This document shows positions 57,642-64,000 of a DNA stretch of 64,000 nt, one piece after another (within the stretch, counting starts at the first letter, position 1; each line of letters begins with the position of its first letter). The notes under the pieces were generated by a model. It did not search any database. It was given only the letters and a program-made list of their open reading frames with translations, and was not told the DNA's origin. Origin of the DNA: an uncultured Ignavibacteria bacterium (lineage in GTDB: Bacteria; Bacteroidota; Ignavibacteria; UBA10030; UBA6906); contig CAWABB010000006.1 of NCBI GenBank assembly GCA_963780165.1, forward strand, positions 395,499 through 459,498, read 5' to 3'. A program made the translations under genes and the position numbers.

Positions 57642-58723
57642 CGCTCATCGACCGCTATATCATCCGGCAGTTTGTCGTCACGGCGATCTTCGCGCTGGCG
57701 GCCGTGATCATCATCTTCATCGTGATCGACGCGATGGAGAAGATGGACAATTTCCTCGACCGGAACGCCGGCTGGCACATCATCGTCCAGTACTATTTCT
57801 ACTTCATCCCGGAGATCATCAAGCTGACGATCCCGGTCGCCATGCTGCTGGCCAGCCTGTTCGTTACGGCCCGCATGTCGACGCAGCACGAGCTCAGCGC
57901 GATGAAATCCAGCGGCGTCAGCCTGTACCGTCTCCTCGTCCCGTATCTCACGGTCGCGTTGCTGGTCAGCCTGGCATCGGTGTACTTCAACGGATGGATC
58001 GTTCCGCGGGCCAACCAGCAGAAGTTCAACATCGAGCGGGTCTACCTTCAGAAAGGCGTCGTCTCGGGATCGGGCGCGAACATCTACATCCAGGACTCCC
58101 GCACGCGCATCCTGTCGATCGGCTTCTACGATGACGTCAGGAAGCTGGCATCGCGCGTGAGCATCCAGGATTTCAATCCGGAAGATCGGACGGTGCTGGT
58201 CGAGCGCGTGGACGCCGTGAGCATGACCTGGGACGACTCCACCCGTTCGTGGGTGCTCCAGAACGGCACGCGCAGATGGTTTGACGGGAGGTCGGAGCGT
58301 CTCGAGAAGTTCGCCCTCCAACCTGCCGGGCGCCTCAACTTCGACCCCGAGGATTTGCGCAAGAAGCAGGAAAAGCCGGATGAGATGGACTACTACACGC
58401 TGAAGGCCTTCATTCAGAATCAGGAGCGGGCCGGGCAGGACACCTCACGCTGGCGGGTCGATTTCTACAGCAAGATCTCGTTCCCGTTCGCGTCCGTGAT
58501 CGTCGTGCTGTTCGGCGTGCCGTTCTCGTCGGTCCGCCGGCGCGGCGGCGTAGGTATTCAGCTGGGCATCAGCCTGCTCGTCAGCTTCACCTACCTCATC
58601 TTCATGAAGGTAAGCCAGGTCTTCGGCTACAACGGAGACATCCCGCCTTTGCTGACCGCGTGGACGGCCAACATCATCTTCCTGGTCGCGGCAATCGCGG
58701 TAATCCTGCGCGTCCCGAAGTGA
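57638..58723 (+). CDS. LptF/LptG-family LPS export permease, second of pair
   Basis: 361 aa; MTLIDRYIIRQFVVTAIFALAAVIIIFIVID; 4-nt overlap with the upstream paralogue. Confidence 0.8.
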   Translation: MTLIDRYIIRQFVVTAIFALAAVIIIFIVIDAMEKMDNFLDRNAGWHIIVQYYFYFIPEIIKLTIPVAMLLASLFVTARMSTQHELSAMKSSGVSLYRLLVPYLTVALLVSLASVYFNGWIVPRANQQKFNIERVYLQKGVVSGSGANIYIQDSRTRILSIGFYDDVRKLASRVSIQDFNPEDRTVLVERVDAVSMTWDDSTRSWVLQNGTRRWFDGRSERLEKFALQPAGRLNFDPEDLRKKQEKPDEMDYYTLKAFIQNQERAGQDTSRWRVDFYSKISFPFASVIVVLFGVPFSSVRRRGGVGIQLGISLLVSFTYLIFMKVSQVFGYNGDIPPLLTAWTANIIFLVAAIAVILRVPK

Positions 58724-58846
58724 GTCGCGGGCAGAGGATTGTCCTGGGTCCTCTGGGGGGGACTGCTCAGAACCCGTGGAAGAGCTACATCGTGGGGATG
58801 GGCCGCTTAACACCGGTGGGAGAGCTACACCTTCGGGACGGGCCGA

Positions 58847-59836
58847 TCAGAACCCGTAGGAGAGTTTCACCGCGGGGCCGGCGAGTGACCGCGCGCCGGG
58901 AGGCACGGCCTGCAAGCCGATGCCGGCGTTCAGCCCCTTGTTGTGCGAGCTCGCCGTCCAGGCCGCGTCGGCGGCGCTCAGGATGTGGTTGACGACAATG
59001 ATGATGACGCCGGTCTGGGATTTGCTGTAGTAGTCGTTCGCCTTCCCGCGCTCGCCCGAGTAGTACATGTAGTTGTACGAGAGCTCAGCCTTCGCCTCAT
59101 CGTAGGAAGCTGAGGCGTTCGGTTGGGCGTCGTCCCAGCCCTGGGCGAACTGGGGGTACTTGCCGATCAGCTCGTAGTACTGCTGCGACTGGTACGGAGG
59201 GAGAGTATGCGAATACCACCCTCCGATATCGCGTTCCATCCGGTTCAACTCGCTCCAATTGACCTGCCCGTTTCCTAAGTCCCACAGATATGGGCCCTTT
59301 GGAGGGTTCAAGCTACTCTCCGTCCACTGGGCGTACCGTGCGGCATTCCAGTGCCCCTCGGCGTAGCTCTCATAGTACGCGGTCTGGTCATCCCCCTTGT
59401 TGTGGTTCTTGACCGAATACGTGATCGCCACCGCCTCGATGGCGAGGAAGATCGCCGCCTTCCAGTAGTTGCCCGCATAGATCTCCCCCGCCCCGGGGAT
59501 CAATGCCGAGAGTCCGCCCGCGAGCCACGGCGACTTCCAGCCTTCGGGGTGCTCCCCCGCCGACTCCGATTTGTCCGGAGGCGTATCCCACATTTCAGCC
59601 TGCCCCACGAGATCAATCCGCGCATGACCGGTGAGCTCCGCCGGGGACGCGTCGCCGCCGGTGCGGCTCTCTTTCACGACACTCATGGCAGGCTTGGGGA
59701 GGTCTGCGCCATGCCGATTGACCTGCGCAGCGGTCCCGGCCGTTACGGGCCGGTCGGGAACAGTAAGGGACGCCTGCGCCATGGCGAACGCCGGCGTGAC
59801 GATGATCAGCATGAGCAGTTTGGCGACGCGTCGCAT
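58847..59836 (-). CDS. hypothetical secreted/lipoprotein-like protein
   Basis: ORF 58847..59893. Start MRRVAKLLMLIIVTPAFAMAQA (59836). Contains SALIPGAGEIYAGNYWKAAIFLAIEAVAITY, a hydrophobic segment. Tyr/Trp-rich C-terminal half. Family not recognised. Confidence 0.45.
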   Translation of the reverse strand: MRRVAKLLMLIIVTPAFAMAQASLTVPDRPVTAGTAAQVNRHGADLPKPAMSVVKESRTGGDASPAELTGHARIDLVGQAEMWDTPPDKSESAGEHPEGWKSPWLAGGLSALIPGAGEIYAGNYWKAAIFLAIEAVAITYSVKNHNKGDDQTAYYESYAEGHWNAARYAQWTESSLNPPKGPYLWDLGNGQVNWSELNRMERDIGGWYSHTLPPYQSQQYYELIGKYPQFAQGWDDAQPNASASYDEAKAELSYNYMYYSGERGKANDYYSKSQTGVIIIVVNHILSAADAAWTASSHNKGLNAGIGLQAVPPGARSLAGPAVKLSYGF

Positions 59837-59847
59837 GGAGCCCCTCG

Positions 59848-62800
59848 TCAGTCGAAATCGAATCCGAAAAGGATGCCGAAGTAGAACCGCCACTCCTGTC
59901 CGTACGTCACCGACTTGTTCTGTGACGGCACGAACCGGTCGAACTTTGAGAACCCGTATGCGGCATCGAAGAAGATCCGTGTCGGATACGAATAGAACGA
60001 GAACGACTCCAGGCGCAGCTGCGCGCCGATGTCGGTCTTATAGTCCTTGAGCGCGGGGCTCGAATCGGTCCACGCGTTTCCGATGTCGCCGTAGAGCGAC
60101 AGATACAGCTTGTCGAAATAGAGCGCGGCGATCCGCAGATCGATCGAGTTGATCAACGGGAACCGGTACGCCAGGCCGAACGTCAGCATCTCGTTCCCCC
60201 CCATGGCGTAGAACGGATATCCCTTCATCCCGAGCAGCCCGGATGCGTAGAAGTCGAAGAACTCGTCCACGGCGGGACCGACGATCGTGCCGGCCCGCAG
60301 GGTCGCGGTCAGCGTGTGCGACCGGAAAAACAGCGGAAGATGCTCGCGCCACTGCATCTCGATCCGCTGGAAGTCCACGTCCTTGTAGACGGGCTGCAGC
60401 CCCGTGGACGTGACCTCGTACTCGCCGTCACCGTTGAAGAGGTTCCACTCCTGCCCGACGCGCAGGAGAATTTTCCGCCCCTCGGGGTTGATCGCGTCCG
60501 TCCGGGATGGCAGGATGTTGTCCAGCGAGAACACCAGCGTCAGCGTGTTGGCGATCAGGTACAGGTCGCTGGAACCCGTCATCAGCGAGTTCGTCTCGGG
60601 ATTGATGAAGTTGTCGATGATCGATGTGTACCGGCTGTGCGCATACCGCAGCTCGACGTTGCTGAACTGCGACAACGCGCGCTGGTTCAACACGGCGTCG
60701 AACTCGAGGAGATTGTATGTGACGTCCACAGGAATGGTGGACGCGGGGAGCGAAATATAGTTGTCCGTTTTGCGCGTGACGTTGTAGAGCTCCAGCGACG
60801 CGACGGGCTCCAGGCCGAGCTGGTAGAACAGCGGCAGCTGACCGCGATAGAAGAATTGCAGGAAGAGATCGCGCTCGAGCAGGACGTTCAGGGCCGCTCC
60901 TGCGAAGAATCCGGTCTTTTCGAGAAGCTCGTTGGAGAACAGATACGCGCCGGCCTTGATCAACTCCAGACCCGTGGCCTTGGGGTTGTAGTTGTCCACC
61001 CGCAGAAACGGCACCACGCTGAGCCCGAGGAAATCGCTTTTGTACGGTTTCGACTGAAGGTCCGGCAGCTTCGTGTCGTCGTAGGTTCGAAGGTCTGCCC
61101 AGTCGAACTGGGGAGTCGCCCCTGCGGAGGCGAACACGGGTGCGGGCCCCGGGGGAAGCTTGATCGGAGGCTGCAGGTATTGCGGTCCGTCCTGAGGAAC
61201 AGGCGCGGGCGCCGGGAGCCTGTAGAGCTTGTATCCGCCGGACGTGTACAGCGAATAGACGATATCTCCCGCTGCGTTCACGGTCGGGTAGAATGCCCCG
61301 CCGAGAACGTTGGTCAGCTGCCTGGTTGAGCCGTCCGCCAGATTCTGCTCGTACAGGTTGTAGATGCCGGTCCGGTCCGAGCCGTAGAGAATCCGGGTGC
61401 CGTCGGGGGTGAACACCGCTCCGCGCGTGTCTTCCGGCCCGGAGAGGACGAATGTCAGCTCCGTGCCGTCCGGCCGGATGGTCGCCAGGTCGCGGCCGTC
61501 CTTCATGGAGTAGTCGAAGACGATCCTGTCGCCCGCGGGGCTCCACCGGGGGTTGTACACTTGCTCGCCCGAGCTGAAGCCGGTGACACGGCGGATCTCG
61601 CCGCCCGACGCTGGCATCGCTGACAGGTTTGTCGTCCCGTCCGCATTCGTTACGAACACGAGCGTCTTCCCGTCGGGCGACACCGTCGGCGTCATCGCCC
61701 GCACTCCCTTCGTGAGCCGCTCCTCCTCCTCCTTCTCCAGGTCGTACACGTACAGATCATAGACGAGCGACCAGTGAGGGTTGTCGCGCGTCAGGCGCGC
61801 GTAATACAGCTTCTTTCCATCCGGGGACCATGCCGGGCGCGTGCGAACGTTCCGCGTGACAAGCTTGTCCTCTTTCGAGGCCACATCGAATACCCACAGA
61901 GCGGAGAGCGAGAAATAGTCACCACCCTTCGCGCTGACGTACGCGATCTTTCCGCCGTCCGGGGAGTACTCGGAAAACAGGTTCGCGAACCCCGTGGAGG
62001 CGGCAGCGCGGCAGCACTCGAGCATTTCCTTCCCGGGCTTCAGCGACGCCGGATGATGGAAGCCCTCCGGGCCCTGGATCTGCAGTGGATTGACGACCTG
62101 GCCCTCGGACTCTGCGATCAGCGGCTCCCCGCGCTGGACATGCTCGCGGAGCGGCGCCACGCGGGAGGCGTATTCCTTCTCCAGCATAGCGCGCCATTCA
62201 TTATAGACGGTCTGCCCCGGTTTGTTCAGGACCTTCTCGATGGCCCCGTCGATCGTCACGGTCCCGAAGCCTGCCAGGGCCCGCGAAATCTCCACCAGCT
62301 TATCTTCACCGTACGTGCTCGCGAGGTACGACACGAACGCGAAGCCGGCGTTGTAGGACGATTCGTTGCCGAGGCTCGTCTTCCCGAACACGCCCATCTC
62401 TTCCCAGCCCAGCATGTTCCCGTCCAGAGCGTACGAGCGGAGGATCATGTCGCGGTGGCTGTCCCAGAAGTCGTAGCGAAGCTCCTGCCGGTTGTACTGG
62501 GCTACGCCCTCGGCAAACCAGGCGGGGACCACGAACCCAGAGTACGGATAGGAGACGATGACGTTCGGGTATCCGTAGAGGACGTCCGGGCGGCGCTCCG
62601 ACTCATAGTTGAGCCACTGGAAGTAGAAGGCCGGCATCGTTCGGCCGAACTTCATGGAGGTCTGGATCTGGACGATGTGCGTGAACTCGTGGGTGATGAC
62701 GTTCCGCAGCCAGTTGTGCGTCCCCCGGAGCTCGAAATCCATGCTCGGCGCGTAGATCTCGATCTTGTTGTCGTAGAAGTACGCCGCCCCGTTGGAGATG

Positions 62801-63081
62801 TCGTCGTAGTCCTTGATGATGAAGCTGACCTTCTCGTCGGGCTCGTGCCGGTACAGAGACGTGACGGGCTGGTAGATCTCTTCAGCGATCACCGCGACAA
62901 CCCTCGCTGTCCGCTCGGCTCCGTCGTGATATGTCACCTTGAAGTGATCGGTCGTGATCACATGCCAGGTGAGCTCGGGATGGAAGAACTCCTCCTGTGC
63001 CGTCATCGTACCCGGGACGACCAGGAGGCGTGTGACGGTCAGGAATGCAGCCGTTGTGAGGAGCCGGGGGCGAACGGTCAT
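59848..63081 (-). CDS. large (1077 aa) secreted multidomain protein: N-terminal HExxH metallopeptidase-like module, central TolB-like PD40 beta-propeller repeats, C-terminal beta-barrel-like region
   Basis: Signal peptide MTVRPRLLTTAAFLTVTRLLVVPGTMTAQ. HEFTHIVQ zincin-like motif. Repeated (S/T)PDG(K/T) PD40 motifs (SPDGGKIAY, SPDGKKLYY, SPDGKTLVF, TPDGTRILY). C-terminal ~400 aa with alternating beta-strand pattern, ending ...FGILFGFDFD. Confidence 0.6.
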   Translation of the reverse strand: MTVRPRLLTTAAFLTVTRLLVVPGTMTAQEEFFHPELTWHVITTDHFKVTYHDGAERTARVVAVIAEEIYQPVTSLYRHEPDEKVSFIIKDYDDISNGAAYFYDNKIEIYAPSMDFELRGTHNWLRNVITHEFTHIVQIQTSMKFGRTMPAFYFQWLNYESERRPDVLYGYPNVIVSYPYSGFVVPAWFAEGVAQYNRQELRYDFWDSHRDMILRSYALDGNMLGWEEMGVFGKTSLGNESSYNAGFAFVSYLASTYGEDKLVEISRALAGFGTVTIDGAIEKVLNKPGQTVYNEWRAMLEKEYASRVAPLREHVQRGEPLIAESEGQVVNPLQIQGPEGFHHPASLKPGKEMLECCRAAASTGFANLFSEYSPDGGKIAYVSAKGGDYFSLSALWVFDVASKEDKLVTRNVRTRPAWSPDGKKLYYARLTRDNPHWSLVYDLYVYDLEKEEEERLTKGVRAMTPTVSPDGKTLVFVTNADGTTNLSAMPASGGEIRRVTGFSSGEQVYNPRWSPAGDRIVFDYSMKDGRDLATIRPDGTELTFVLSGPEDTRGAVFTPDGTRILYGSDRTGIYNLYEQNLADGSTRQLTNVLGGAFYPTVNAAGDIVYSLYTSGGYKLYRLPAPAPVPQDGPQYLQPPIKLPPGPAPVFASAGATPQFDWADLRTYDDTKLPDLQSKPYKSDFLGLSVVPFLRVDNYNPKATGLELIKAGAYLFSNELLEKTGFFAGAALNVLLERDLFLQFFYRGQLPLFYQLGLEPVASLELYNVTRKTDNYISLPASTIPVDVTYNLLEFDAVLNQRALSQFSNVELRYAHSRYTSIIDNFINPETNSLMTGSSDLYLIANTLTLVFSLDNILPSRTDAINPEGRKILLRVGQEWNLFNGDGEYEVTSTGLQPVYKDVDFQRIEMQWREHLPLFFRSHTLTATLRAGTIVGPAVDEFFDFYASGLLGMKGYPFYAMGGNEMLTFGLAYRFPLINSIDLRIAALYFDKLYLSLYGDIGNAWTDSSPALKDYKTDIGAQLRLESFSFYSYPTRIFFDAAYGFSKFDRFVPSQNKSVTYGQEWRFYFGILFGFDFD

Positions 63082-63082
63082 G

Positions 63083-64000
63083 TTACTTCACGATGGCGAT
63101 CTTGACGATGGCCGATCCGCTCTGCCCGCCGGACTGTGCCTCGATCCGGGCGAAGTAGACGCCGCTCTGAACGTCGCGGACGTCCCACTCGACTTCGTTG
63201 TCCACGCCGCCCACGCCGGGTCCGGACATCTCCTTCACGAGGTCCCCTGCGGTATCAAAGATCTTGATGTGGACGGCGGAAGGCTCGCCGACGAAGTAGC
63301 GGATGAATGTGCGGCCGTCGTACGCGGGATTCGGCCAGTTGTATGCTCGGGAGGGCGGGAAGTACTCTGCCGTGACGGGCATGCCCGAGATCGCGGAGAG
63401 TTGGAAGCCCGATTGCCCCGCATCGCCCTGGTACTGGGCCCAGTCCGCGGCATCCTGGTGGTTGTTCGCGCGGCTGCCGGTGCGCCAGAGCGAAAGCGAG
63501 CCGTCGCCCGCAGATGCCACGGCAACGAATACCGAATCCGGCCGTCCGATGATGGCCGCCGTGTGCGGGCCCCGGCCGGCGAGCAGCGGGAAGCCTGGTG
63601 CGGTTTTTCCCTGGGCGTCATACGCAACGACGAGTCCTTCACGCGTCACACCCAGCACGGACGACGTGCCGATGCCGCTGAGATCGCCTACCACGGGATT
63701 CGAAGCCAGGGGCGACGTGCCCGCCACTGTCACGGGGAAGTAGTCGAGCGACGAACCCGCGGAAGAGAACGCATGGATCGTCTTCCCGCTGAAGGCGATG
63801 ATGTCGCGGCTCCCGTCGCCGTTGAGGTCGGCGAACGCCGGAGGCGCGGAGATGGAATCGCCAAGCCGCACGGGGAACCCTGGCAGCTGCACGAGGTCCT
63901 GCGACACCAGGTGGAGAAACCCGTCCACCGTGGTGAATGCTGTCTGCAAGCCTGCCTCGTTCTCACGACCGATCCAGGCCGACGATGCGGGGCCCACGAT
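63083..64000 (-). CDS. secreted FG-GAP/beta-propeller-like protein with T9SS C-terminal sorting domain; 5' end beyond the window
   Basis: ORF 63083..63997, with the reading frame open to the window edge. C-terminus AVHIKIFDTAGDLVKEMSGPGVGGVDNEVEWDVRDVQSGVYFARIEAQSGGQSGSAIVKIAIVK is a Por_Secre_tail-like CTD. Upstream region has Gly/Ser/Ala-rich FG-GAP-like repeats (GDLSGIGTSSVLGVT..., AVASAGDGSLSLW). Confidence 0.55.
   Translation of the reverse strand: MVGPASSAWIGRENEAGLQTAFTTVDGFLHLVSQDLVQLPGFPVRLGDSISAPPAFADLNGDGSRDIIAFSGKTIHAFSSAGSSLDYFPVTVAGTSPLASNPVVGDLSGIGTSSVLGVTREGLVVAYDAQGKTAPGFPLLAGRGPHTAAIIGRPDSVFVAVASAGDGSLSLWRTGSRANNHQDAADWAQYQGDAGQSGFQLSAISGMPVTAEYFPPSRAYNWPNPAYDGRTFIRYFVGEPSAVHIKIFDTAGDLVKEMSGPGVGGVDNEVEWDVRDVQSGVYFARIEAQSGGQSGSAIVKIAIVK

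Noticed and set aside
60428-63105. Plus/minus alternative ORFs (60316..61329 +, 60428..61546 -, 61774..63105 +) inside the 1077-aa gene
   Set aside because: Same high-GC antisense pattern. Only the 59848..63081 minus frame shows signal peptide, HExxH and PD40 repeats.
1-64000. tRNA / rRNA / ncRNA genes
   Set aside because: Intergenic gaps were inspected for cloverleaf-sized GC-rich segments with T-loop-like motifs. None were seen. No rRNA-like conserved blocks. A covariance-model scan would be needed to be definitive.

Overview
High-GC (~65%) bacterial chromosomal window, densely coding on both strands. The many long ORFs antisense to real genes look like high-GC artefacts. Phylum-level signatures point to the FCB group: several proteins end in T9SS (Por) C-terminal sorting domains, there is a PorV/FadL-like beta-barrel, a DUF3276 Pur-alpha-like protein, and a possible TAnnTTTG-type promoter; a canonical TTGACT-N17-TATATT promoter is also present. 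All coordinates are +/-1-2 nt; start codons were chosen by hand from the ORF track.

Content in order:
- Methylmalonyl-CoA module: carboxyltransferase (5' partial), epimerase, and a mutase catalytic domain with no B12-binding domain.
- A minus-strand light-response operon: CarH/LitR-type AdoCbl photoreceptor repressor (MerR HTH, W-x9-EH and E-x-H-x-x-G motifs), CPD photolyase, GT2 glycosyltransferase, TIGR01777-like epimerase. A 32-codon CrtI-like N-terminal remnant lies upstream, and a GTTTGATCAAAC palindrome overlaps the putative -35.
- glgB, rmuC, trxA, an M28 peptidase, an epimerase, an orphan receiver, alr, an S9 peptidase.
- A decayed patch: ybaK N-terminal remnant plus a 52-aa highly basic ORF.
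- Housekeeping and hypothetical genes: DLH, VOC, SRPBCC, gpmA, flavin reductase, two secreted hypotheticals (one with a Pro/Tyr/Arg-rich tail), an M48 peptidase, a LysM protein, apaG, panD.
- A secreted-peptidase / cyanophycin-utilisation-like cluster: M14 carboxypeptidase, a T9SS-sorted S51 protein, M20 peptidase, a signal-peptide-bearing cyanophycinase (S51), a YfcC-family transporter.
- An RpiR-regulated outer-membrane locus: T9SS cargo, TonB-dependent receptor, a 938-aa FN3 + T9SS-CTD protein, a PorV-like barrel.
- DAHP synthase, then fadL bracketed by four copies of a palindromic element (core GCGTCACCTAGGTGACGC) and a tandemly duplicated terminator-plus-palindrome module.
- A LytS/LytTR two-component pair, PfkB kinase, AKR, NCS2 permease, an LptF/LptG pair, a 1077-aa HExxH + PD40 + beta-barrel-like protein, and a 5'-partial T9SS cargo at the window end.

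No rRNA, tRNA, CRISPR array or obvious transposase or integrase was recognised.
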